Shown: in pieces, positions 8,962 to 17,119 of the stretch
How positions within the stretch are numbered: the stretch's first letter is position 1
Layout of the letters: each line of letters opens with the position of its first letter
DNA from: a virus
Lineage: Duplodnaviria; Caudoviricetes
Length of the DNA stretch: 64,000 nt
IMG/VR virus record: IMGVR_UViG_3300033146_005369
Coordinates: 1-64,000 of that record
Direction: 5' to 3' (one strand)
Translations under genes and position numbers: made by a program
The notes under the pieces: model-generated
What the model saw: only the letters and a program-made list of their open reading frames with translations
What the model was told of the DNA's origin: nothing
Database searches by the model: none

Positions 8962-9411
8962 TTAAATTCTACCTTTATTTAAAATTGCTTCTGAGAATCC
9001 TTCAGGAACTTCGATATCTGTTTCAAGACCAATATTCACCAAAGTTTCTTCATAAAGCTTTTCTTGAAAGTCTGCCCTACCCAGTTCTTCAAATGTAGTA
9101 GGCATTCCTGCTACAATTGGATCTGGAGAAAATTGTTGTGGTTGAGGTTGAACATAACGTTTTTCTTGGATTGGCTTCTTTTTATAAATTGGTTCCATAT
9201 GTTCTGCAAATAATGATTCTGATCGTGTCGTCTTTTGATAACTCCCAGCGGCAATACTTTCGCTAATGATATGTGCTAAAATTCCTTTATCTTCAAAAAG
9301 TAATTCAGTCACCGATTCTTTAATCAATTCTTGAAAAACCTTATCTTCAAAAGCAATTTCGCGAATCATACTTTTGATTATCTTTTTTAAAGCTTCTCTT
9401 TTCAGTTTCAT
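8962..9411 (-). CDS. Hypothetical head-module protein with repeated IIxE-type helices
   Basis: MKLKREALKKIIKSMIRE...ELIKES...HIISES. Confidence 0.8.
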   Translation of the reverse strand: MKLKREALKKIIKSMIREIAFEDKVFQELIKESVTELLFEDKGILAHIISESIAAGSYQKTTRSESLFAEHMEPIYKKKPIQEKRYVQPQPQQFSPDPIVAGMPTTFEELGRADFQEKLYEETLVNIGLETDIEVPEGFSEAILNKGRI

Positions 9412-10064
9412 TTCATTCCCTCTAAAATTTCTTGAAGTAATGTTTTTTCGACTTCAAGTTTCTTATGTTCATTAATTAGTCCACCAGAAGTAACAAAAGC
9501 GTTTCTTGTACTTGGATCTGATACTGCATCAAAACAGATAAGTTCATAATCCGAAACATAGATTTTCCCCGCCTTTTCTTCAACGGTGCCTACTCCCCTG
9601 CTGCTCATTCCAACTGGTATTCCTTTTCTATCCATTTCAATAAGAATTTCGCCACATGGTGTATTCAAGAATTCTACTTTTCCAAGGACTTTGTTACCTT
9701 CCCACCATATATCAGTTACAATATGTGATAGTCTATCTAGATTTATAACGGTATGATCTGGATGATCTAAAACGCCCATTGCCCTTCTCTGTCTTACCAA
9801 GTTCATATATTTTTCGATTTGATCAAGAAGTACATGTTTTGGATAAAATCGATTGTTCTGATTGACTGCTTCAGCCTCTTGGAGTTTACCAACCACTTCA
9901 TAATTTTTTAAATCTTTGCTAACATAAGTCCGGCTTTCATTGACAATATCGGTATTAGTAAACAAAAAATTCTCTACTAATAATATCTTACCATCCGGGA
10001 TTAGATTCATTGTATCTTTCCCTTCTCTGATGATTTTTCTTATAGCATCAGGCGTCAGTTTCAT
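9408..10064 (-). CDS. gp21: Prohead core protease, T4 gp21-like
   Basis: NQNNRFYPK, GVLDHP, SHIV, LNTPCG, GMSSRGVG, FDAVSDPS motifs. Confidence 0.94.
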   Translation of the reverse strand: MKLTPDAIRKIIREGKDTMNLIPDGKILLVENFLFTNTDIVNESRTYVSKDLKNYEVVGKLQEAEAVNQNNRFYPKHVLLDQIEKYMNLVRQRRAMGVLDHPDHTVINLDRLSHIVTDIWWEGNKVLGKVEFLNTPCGEILIEMDRKGIPVGMSSRGVGTVEEKAGKIYVSDYELICFDAVSDPSTRNAFVTSGGLINEHKKLEVEKTLLQEILEGMK

Positions 10065-10123
10065 ATTCGACCTCTACAGCACCTTCTAACTCTTTGTAGC
10101 ATCCATTTTTTTCTCAACATCAT
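10061..10123 (-). CDS. Putative 20-aa Arg/Cys microprotein MMLRKKWMLQRVRRCCRGRI
   Basis: Below the ORF-track cutoff; fills the gap exactly, with ATGA overlaps on both the upstream stop (10120-10122) and the protease start (10062-10064). Confidence 0.5.
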   Translation of the reverse strand: MMLRKKWMLQRVRRCCRGRI

Positions 10124-10401
10124 TTTTCAACTCCTTTTAAACTAATCCTGATCCCATCGTCATCTGCGATATTTATAACTAAATAACTCCATCCAGATGA
10201 TATTAAACCGCTCAAAAACATATTCCCAATCAACGATTGAGTCAAACCAATATTAACTATCAGCGATAACGCAACACCAACCCAAAAACCAATACACATT
10301 GGACAATGAAAAAATTTATATTTCGGGCGTAGCTTATCAAATATATGTCCAAAAACTAAAATATTTGTTAAGCCATAACAGCTAAGCAAAAAAATAAGCA
10401 T
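10120..10401 (-). CDS. Small membrane protein, DUF1360-like
   Basis: Hydrophobic helices and FFHCPMCIGFWVG (CPxCxxFW). Confidence 0.62.
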   Translation of the reverse strand: MLIFLLSCYGLTNILVFGHIFDKLRPKYKFFHCPMCIGFWVGVALSLIVNIGLTQSLIGNMFLSGLISSGWSYLVINIADDDGIRISLKGVEK

Positions 10402-10925
10402 TAGAAAGACCTAAATGGAACAATATTGCCCCAAGTGTTATAATGAGTTCTTAAATTCCCTTTTTCTTTTGAATGAGGGACCTCGCCTAATTCTGTTGTA
10501 TCATCTACACTCGGATTAGTTACATCATCCTTTTCGCGTTGTATAATATTATCAACAAATTCTTGTTTTGGGATATCTTTATCAAAAAAATTGGAAATTG
10601 TATATAAGACAAATTGTAAAGGTTCTGTCCAGTTGGATTCAGAAGCGTAAGTTGCTTCCATTGCTCCATATACATTTCCACCTTGAATGGAATCATATTT
10701 CACTGCTCCTTCTTTGCGAAGGAACGTAAATAGCCTATTGAGACTATCATAGACTTCTTCTGTCATTGCTTCTTTGGAGAAACCAATCACTTTGTTCTTA
10801 GAAGGGACTAAAACAACATCAAAATCAGGATGGTCATAGATCATTAAGTTCCCATCCGCGCTTTTCTTAGCGTCAAACTTAATTTTATAATTACTGCCTT
10901 CTTTTTTTGTAATAGTCAACTTCAT
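10401..10925 (-). CDS. Hypothetical head-module protein
   Basis: 174-aa ORF with TAATG coupling on both sides. Confidence 0.8.
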   Translation of the reverse strand: MKLTITKKEGSNYKIKFDAKKSADGNLMIYDHPDFDVVLVPSKNKVIGFSKEAMTEEVYDSLNRLFTFLRKEGAVKYDSIQGGNVYGAMEATYASESNWTEPLQFVLYTISNFFDKDIPKQEFVDNIIQREKDDVTNPSVDDTTELGEVPHSKEKGNLRTHYNTWGNIVPFRSF

Positions 10926-11722
10926 TATTCACTCTCCACCAGTGAACGAACTTTTAGAACACTAATTATCATCGAATCATCAATTTCTTTTTTGGCAAAT
11001 TCATTCAAATGTTCTAAAAGCTGGAAAAGGGATTCTTTTCGCTCACTTTTTGACTTTTCAGCCATTTTCAGCACTTTTTCTTTGAGTTCTCCTATTTCTT
11101 CATTTAGTATCATCTTGAACTCCACACTTTGAGGAGATTCGAGGATATAACTCGAAAGAACAACCTTTTGTTCTCTCAAAAGAGAGGTAGAATATTTTTC
11201 ATTAAACTTTTTAAAGAATTTTGAGAAGATAATTTTGCCGTCTTCTCCAAGTGAATCTATTGTAACGTCAAGCTCCTCTTTCTTACCCTCAAGAAATTGC
11301 ATTTCCATTAATACTCTTTGTTTCGCATTGGCATTAAAAATTTGGTAGACAGTTGCCAATTCTTTATAATCTTTAATGTAATTCTTCCAAATCTGTTTTC
11401 CAAAAGTTCTATTAATTCTTGAAATTAATTTTCCCTTCTCTGATGTTAATTTCTTTTGATTAATATGCGAATGCTCAATTTTATATTCCGTCAAAAATCT
11501 TTCTAAATTCTCGTTCTTCTCTTTTCTAAGAGAAATAAGAGATTCATAAATTTTTAACTCTTTTCCAATTTCAGTTTTAGCTGAAAATGAGGTTTTAATT
11601 AAGGAAAGTAATTTTTTTGCTTTTGCATGGTTTTTATCAAGCATACTTTTAGTAATTTCTTGGATAAGAATGTTGTATAAAACGCCAGGATTTCTTTTTT
11701 TGTTATGCTTCATAAATTTCAT
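10925..11722 (-). CDS. Hypothetical protein after the portal, possible prohead assembly factor
   Basis: 265-aa helical ORF starting MKFMKHNKKRNPGVLY; role inferred from position only. Confidence 0.75.
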   Translation of the reverse strand: MKFMKHNKKRNPGVLYNILIQEITKSMLDKNHAKAKKLLSLIKTSFSAKTEIGKELKIYESLISLRKEKNENLERFLTEYKIEHSHINQKKLTSEKGKLISRINRTFGKQIWKNYIKDYKELATVYQIFNANAKQRVLMEMQFLEGKKEELDVTIDSLGEDGKIIFSKFFKKFNEKYSTSLLREQKVVLSSYILESPQSVEFKMILNEEIGELKEKVLKMAEKSKSERKESLFQLLEHLNEFAKKEIDDSMIISVLKVRSLVESE

Positions 11723-13541
11723 ATGCCTCTTTCAGAATATCATTAATTTGTTGCGAAGTTTCTTCGTTAAATTTCGCAATACTTTTAGCGTTGGTTATCC
11801 CGGCTTGATAATTGTGATGCTGTTTGTTGCCTCTAATAAAGTGCCCACCTTTTTTAGCATATTCCTTACCTTTGCTGCCTGGTGTTTCTCTTTCTTTCCA
11901 ATTTGGATCAAAATCTCTCTTCCCAGGCATTGCCAATAAGCTGTTGTCTTCATCGCTTTCCTGCTCAGGCATTTCTTCGCCTCCAAAATCATTTTCAATC
12001 CCTTCGCCAGTATCTAAATCATCCATTGAAGGAAGTGAACCTAAATCGCTTCCGAACTCATCACCCATTCCCGCTTCAGCATTCGGTTCCATTTGTTTAA
12101 GCAATGCAGTTTGTTTATGATCAGTGAAAATTTCTCTTGAGTTCTTGATAAACTCACCATAAGTCATCCCTAAAATTTCTTTGGAAATAGTTTGCCTTCC
12201 ATAAAATCCAGAAGCTTCCGCCGCTCCAGCGATATCCAAACGTGTTCTAAGTGATTCCAAATGTTGTAATTCAGCAACTTTGCTGGGATTGTTTAATTTA
12301 AGTTTAAAATCAATTAAATCATTCCCTTCAAAACCAATCATTTTTAGGTGAATCCTGGCAATCTTCATTAATTCATCAATCAAATGTTTTTGAAGCCTTT
12401 GAATAACCTTCGAGAACTTTACATCTTTGCTTGAAAGTGTTTCTCTGTCTGATGAACCTGCTTCGCCTCTTGACAAATACTCTTGGGGAATTTGCAAACC
12501 TGTAAATAACTTTTCTTGAAAAAATTTGATATCATCAATTGCAGAAGTGAATTGCCCTCCTTGGAGAACATCAATTCTTGTTTGATTTGCAGCTCCTCGT
12601 ACTGGGATGAAGATATCTTCCTCAACTGAATGTGCATTATATCTTCTATCAATTTCTCCCGTTTCTGGATTAGCTATCTGCTGCTTTCTCATAGCAGTAA
12701 CAGTATTTTCCAAATGCCCTTCAACATCTTTCGGGTCAATTCCTCCGACATCAATATAAAAAACTCTTCTTTCAGCAGCACGAGTCATCCTGTAAGAAAT
12801 CATGAACTCTTCCATAAGCGTAAGCTGCCGCCAAGTTCTTCTGACTCCATCAAGCACTGATGCGCCATAAGGAGCAAATTTAGAATCACCATTAACTTTG
12901 AAATGTGCAATTTGCCAAAATTCCAATGTCAAACCAACTTGATTCATTTGAAATTGAACATAATTGGGGTTCGTTTCATCCAAACCTTCTAGTCTTTCAA
13001 TCTCATTGTGTGGAATATTGATCGTTCCTACAACTCCCTTCCCTTCTTCTGTATCAATATAAAGAAAGTAATCTCCAAATTTGCACATGGCTCTTGCCCA
13101 ACTATACAAATTTGCTTCAATATTCAGAATATTGTAAAAAAGATCGTTGAGAATAACTTTTATTTCATCATTTTTACTATCAATATCAAGAATCTTCTCA
13201 AACATGTTGCAACTGGTCATCTCATCAGCATATGTATTCAAAGCTGACGAGATGACGGGTTCATAATCCATTTGTTCAAAGTCGCTATATCTTTCTATCC
13301 TCGTGTTCTCGGCTAATCTTCTGTGCGCAATCTGATTGAAAGTTTCGTACTTCCCTCTTCTTGGCGTCATTCCTGTTACAGAATCAAATGAAGTAGGATT
13401 AATGTTCATTTTCTTTTTTTGAACATCATTTTGCCTCTGATATGAGGCAATAGGGCCAGAAAAAAGCCTTGTTAAGATCTTGTATAATTTTGATTTGACA
13501 TTTTTCGGATTCCTGTCAATTCTTAATTCGCGTGAGCGCAT
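11703..13541 (-). CDS. gp20: Portal protein, T4 gp20-like
   Basis: YRMTRAAERRVFYIDVG, EEDIFIPVRG, TRIDVLQGG, DDIKFFQEKLFTGLQIP motifs; acidic tail. Confidence 0.93.
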   Translation of the reverse strand: MRSRELRIDRNPKNVKSKLYKILTRLFSGPIASYQRQNDVQKKKMNINPTSFDSVTGMTPRRGKYETFNQIAHRRLAENTRIERYSDFEQMDYEPVISSALNTYADEMTSCNMFEKILDIDSKNDEIKVILNDLFYNILNIEANLYSWARAMCKFGDYFLYIDTEEGKGVVGTINIPHNEIERLEGLDETNPNYVQFQMNQVGLTLEFWQIAHFKVNGDSKFAPYGASVLDGVRRTWRQLTLMEEFMISYRMTRAAERRVFYIDVGGIDPKDVEGHLENTVTAMRKQQIANPETGEIDRRYNAHSVEEDIFIPVRGAANQTRIDVLQGGQFTSAIDDIKFFQEKLFTGLQIPQEYLSRGEAGSSDRETLSSKDVKFSKVIQRLQKHLIDELMKIARIHLKMIGFEGNDLIDFKLKLNNPSKVAELQHLESLRTRLDIAGAAEASGFYGRQTISKEILGMTYGEFIKNSREIFTDHKQTALLKQMEPNAEAGMGDEFGSDLGSLPSMDDLDTGEGIENDFGGEEMPEQESDEDNSLLAMPGKRDFDPNWKERETPGSKGKEYAKKGGHFIRGNKQHHNYQAGITNAKSIAKFNEETSQQINDILKEAYEIYEA

Positions 13542-13550
13542 TGCTATCCT

Positions 13551-15218
13551 TTAGTGCATCAGTGGGAAAATCCAAGCTCCATTACTATCTTTAACTTTGT
13601 TATGATGGCTGCTTCGCTTGGTGTCTCTTGCATTGCCAAAAATAATGTTAAAATTACGACTATTATAGCCTTTAATCTTATTGTGCATGACTTGATTGCT
13701 TTTTTTAACTACTACGATATTATTTAAAAGTTCAGACGCCATCTCAGAATGATACATATTCCTTTCCATAATCATTTCTTTAACCCAGCATCCGATAGCA
13801 GCCGCCATAACCAAATCATCATTGTACCCTTTCATCGCTTGTGGCTTCCCATTTTTCCAAATAAATCTCTGTATTTCTTCCACAAATCTTTTGCTATTAA
13901 TCTTCAAATTACCATTCATAACAAGTTCGTGGAATTTGTTAATAGCAAAAATTCGTGTTCTAGTTGTTGTTGAAAAGCCTGGGACAACATCATTTCGTAC
14001 TTGTGCTTCATGAAATTCAACAAATTCATGCGTATTTTTGGAAGAATAATAGATATTCGTTGCTTTTTTGTCGTTAACTAATTTATCTAAAAGCATATAG
14101 CCAAGATTGTTATTTTCAACAACGATCAATGCTTCCCCATATTCTAATGATATATCGTAAACTAAATCAGAAAGCAGTGAAATATCCACCTTATCTTTAA
14201 ATTCGCCAACCTGATTCATATTAAATAAATCAAATACATGGAATGCAGAATAATCTTCTGCATCTCCTCTCGAAACATCAACTGATATCATATATTCGTG
14301 TTTTGGTTTGTAAGTTTCCCAAATGTGCATATGATAATTCAATTGATGTTTGAATAAAGGTTCTGATGTTATTTCTACCAACTCTTGGATTTTCAAAGGA
14401 TCAATAACTGTATGCCCAGAAGCCAAGAAAGAACATTCATATTCTTGTGAGAACTTGCGTAAATCTGTTGAATTGGCTTTTTCTAAATCATACCACTTTT
14501 GATCGCGTTCAGGATGAACTGACCACATTAATTTAACATGATGAAACATATTAACTTCAGCTTCCGCATTGGAATAGATTTTATGGAAAACATTACCCAA
14601 TCCATTCGGTGTTGAAAGCATTATGACTCGCCCACCAGTTGTGATTGTTGGTCCAATGGATGTCCAGATCTCTTCCATATTTTCAATATGTGCGGCTTCA
14701 TCAATGATTAATAAAGAAGCTGCCAAAGAACGACCAGCATCAGGGGATGATGGAAGTGACCTAGCCCAAGAACCATTGTCGAATCTTATTTCCGTTTTAG
14801 TATCTGTCGTCACTTTTGAAATCTTCATGAAATCTGGGAGGTTTTCATATGCCTTTTTGATCTTCAGCATAAGCTCTTGAGCAACTACCAGTTTCGTCGC
14901 CAAAATTGCAACAGATTTTTCTTTTTGAAACAAGATAAACCACAATGTATAGGCTGCAACAACAGTCGATATTCCGAGTTGTCTTGCCTTTAAAATGATC
15001 GTGTGTCTTTGTTCTTTAAAGTCCGTAACTAATTTCTCTTGATAATTGTACACATTGAATGAAATCAAACCTCTTGTAATGTGTACAATTTTAATATACT
15101 TTTTGAAAAAATAAATAGGATCTCTACTGCACTTCAACAATTCCTTTTTTAATTCTTTGTTGCTTAATTTAGTTTTCGACGCCTTTTTTATTTTTTTATT
15201 AGTTTTTGCTATCCTCAC
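13551..15218 (-). CDS. terL: Terminase large subunit, T4 gp17-like
   Basis: LKARQLGIST (Walker A region), LLIIDEAAHI (Walker B), STPNG, VDVSRGDAEDYS nuclease motif, NDDLVMA. Confidence 0.96.
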   Translation of the reverse strand: MRIAKTNKKIKKASKTKLSNKELKKELLKCSRDPIYFFKKYIKIVHITRGLISFNVYNYQEKLVTDFKEQRHTIILKARQLGISTVVAAYTLWFILFQKEKSVAILATKLVVAQELMLKIKKAYENLPDFMKISKVTTDTKTEIRFDNGSWARSLPSSPDAGRSLAASLLIIDEAAHIENMEEIWTSIGPTITTGGRVIMLSTPNGLGNVFHKIYSNAEAEVNMFHHVKLMWSVHPERDQKWYDLEKANSTDLRKFSQEYECSFLASGHTVIDPLKIQELVEITSEPLFKHQLNYHMHIWETYKPKHEYMISVDVSRGDAEDYSAFHVFDLFNMNQVGEFKDKVDISLLSDLVYDISLEYGEALIVVENNNLGYMLLDKLVNDKKATNIYYSSKNTHEFVEFHEAQVRNDVVPGFSTTTRTRIFAINKFHELVMNGNLKINSKRFVEEIQRFIWKNGKPQAMKGYNDDLVMAAAIGCWVKEMIMERNMYHSEMASELLNNIVVVKKSNQVMHNKIKGYNSRNFNIIFGNARDTKRSSHHNKVKDSNGAWIFPLMH

Positions 15219-15230
15219 TTACCACTCCAG

Positions 15231-15659
15231 CTACATGAACTTTTTAAAGACGCTATCTTCTAAATCAATCTTGTCAATTTTGTAATCTTGACGAGCATTT
15301 ACTCTAACATTATTGGCAGAAAAAGTTGGCGCATCTACTCTGGCATAAAATTCTCCGATTGGCGTAACGCTTAATTTGCTGCCAGTTTTCGTCTTGAATT
15401 GTTTCTGAATATATAAAACAAGTTCCGAAACCATATTCCGAATGCGATTTTCAAAAGCGTTATCAATTTCTTGCGAATTAAATCTGCCATCATATTTTAC
15501 AATCATGTTGTCAGAAACAAAACGCACACTAAAACCGTCCATCACTTTGGGATCGCCAACTTTTGTTTCGCGATTTAAAACACCAGTAACCATTTCGCTT
15601 CCGTCATAAGTATCAGAAACAATTTGATTGATCGCTTTTACAATATCGTAAATATACAT
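15231..15659 (-). CDS. Hypothetical protein
   Basis: 142-aa ORF directly upstream of TerL. Confidence 0.75.
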   Translation of the reverse strand: MYIYDIVKAINQIVSDTYDGSEMVTGVLNRETKVGDPKVMDGFSVRFVSDNMIVKYDGRFNSQEIDNAFENRIRNMVSELVLYIQKQFKTKTGSKLSVTPIGEFYARVDAPTFSANNVRVNARQDYKIDKIDLEDSVFKKFM

Positions 15660-15910
15660 TATTTGATCCTTTTTACGCTCGCCAAAACTTCTGTTAACTT
15701 CTTATTAATATTGTACAATTCCGCATACAAATCGGATGGGCGTTTTTGCTTAGTTTCTAACAACCTTTGTTTAACACTTGGGACCAACTCATCCAACTTT
15801 TCAGTAACCTGCTTTATCATTTCATTAATATAAATTGCTGGCGTTTCGTCCCTAAGTAATTCCACCTCCTCTTTGATAAGCGCTACTAACTCTTTTTCTG
15901 TAATTTTCAT
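15659..15910 (-). CDS. Small coiled-coil protein with MKITEKELVALIKEE leader
   Basis: 83-aa ORF, TAATG overlap. Confidence 0.7.
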   Translation of the reverse strand: MKITEKELVALIKEEVELLRDETPAIYINEMIKQVTEKLDELVPSVKQRLLETKQKRPSDLYAELYNINKKLTEVLASVKRIK

Positions 15911-15911
15911 T

Positions 15912-16136
15912 TTAACCTCTTTCTTTGTGTTTTATATAGCATACTAAACAACAATCATGCTTCAAAATGTAGAAGCTATCTCTTCTATCGAATGTGAATT
16001 TGTTACACATTTTGCAAATTCTACTTTCCTTCCTGCTTGTGTAAGGGCGAGATGAATTATGACTATGTTTTTCTACGAATTCTAAATATTCTTCCTTCAG
16101 AATTTCTAATTCTTTACCTTCATCTTCCAATTTCAT
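15912..16136 (-). CDS. Small Zn-finger-like protein
   Basis: CKMC and CCLVC cysteine clusters. Confidence 0.65.
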   Translation of the reverse strand: MKLEDEGKELEILKEEYLEFVEKHSHNSSRPYTSRKESRICKMCNKFTFDRRDSFYILKHDCCLVCYIKHKERG

Positions 16137-16551
16137 AAATGATAAATCCTATTGTTGTTATTGCAGCGCCTAAACCAACACCAGCCAATCCAGCCTCCCA
16201 ATCGAATCCAAGAGAGGATGTGTCTAGCAACTCATAAGCTTCCTGCAATTCTTCTAAAACCAATCTATTCTTTTCGCGCTCACTTTCTAAATCAACTGTT
16301 AACGAAGTGGTTAACAATTTGCAATTATTTTTTGATTCCTTTATTATAGCTTCCTTCTCTAAGAGGCACATCTTTTCTGACAATTCAATTTCAGAAAAAA
16401 GCTTAACAGCAGCATCATGAGAAAAAATTATTCCTGAATATGGACACAATTCGTTTTCTTCAATAGGAACTACAACCTCTTGGCTTATTGCAAGTGAAGA
16501 AGAAAGAATAAAAAATACAATTAAGAAGAATAAAAGGCTATTTTTAAACAT
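16120..16551 (-). CDS. Exported/membrane protein with N-terminal signal and C-terminal TM, spanin-like candidate
   Basis: MFKNSLLFFLIVFFILSSSLAISQE signal-like start, coiled-coil middle, GLAGVGLGAAITTIGFIIY TM. Confidence 0.55.
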   Translation of the reverse strand: MFKNSLLFFLIVFFILSSSLAISQEVVVPIEENELCPYSGIIFSHDAAVKLFSEIELSEKMCLLEKEAIIKESKNNCKLLTTSLTVDLESEREKNRLVLEELQEAYELLDTSSLGFDWEAGLAGVGLGAAITTIGFIIYEIGR

Positions 16552-16894
16552 CGTTTTTAAATCCATATTTTTCAGAAAAAAGTTCAGCTATTTCTTTGTT
16601 GCTCTTGTTTTGATTTGCTTTTATTTGAATCAAATTGTTTTTTAAAACAGTCTCCCTTTTTCTTTCAAAATCTTCATTGTTCTTTTCTTCCTCTTGCAGA
16701 TATTCTTCTAAAATATCAAATTTTTCCTTTTGACTTTCTGTTTCGACAAAAGAAATTTCTTTTCTTTTGGAAACTTTATCCAAAGTTTTGTTCCTTTTTT
16801 TTAGGACAAAAAAAATGGTCACCAGTGCAGCAAATGCACCAATGACCATTTTCAAAAAGGCTTTAACTTTTATTTTGCTTTTGATCCACTCCAT
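16544..16894 (-). CDS. Membrane-anchored coiled-coil protein, i-spanin-like
   Basis: Start MEWIK 1 nt after the holin stop; one TM (MVIGAFAALVTIFFVL) followed by a charged coiled coil. Confidence 0.55.
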   Translation of the reverse strand: MEWIKSKIKVKAFLKMVIGAFAALVTIFFVLKKRNKTLDKVSKRKEISFVETESQKEKFDILEEYLQEEEKNNEDFERKRETVLKNNLIQIKANQNKSNKEIAELFSEKYGFKNDV

Positions 16895-16895
16895 T

Positions 16896-17090
16896 TTACC
16901 CCACTTCTCTCCATCTCTGAACAATATCACTAAAGCCTTGTATGCCTATGTATGCCGTTGCAATCATTGCCCAAACATCTGATGTAACAAAGCCCAGAAC
17001 TAAAAAAATGGAAGTCATTATAAATACTAAAAATTTTCTTGAAACAACTTTTTGTTGTGCCTTATCCAGCCATCCCTTAGAATCTCTCAT
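16896..17090 (-). CDS. Putative holin
   Basis: 64 aa, SRKF motif followed by two TM helices and a charged C-terminus; GAGGTG RBS. Confidence 0.62.
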   Translation of the reverse strand: MRDSKGWLDKAQQKVVSRKFLVFIMTSIFLVLGFVTSDVWAMIATAYIGIQGFSDIVQRWREVG

Positions 17091-17119
17091 GATTTTTCAC
17101 CTCTTGGTAATTATGAATC

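Noticed and set aside
15231-16136. Small terminase among the genes upstream of TerL
   Set aside because: Position fits, but no recognisable motif supports any candidate.
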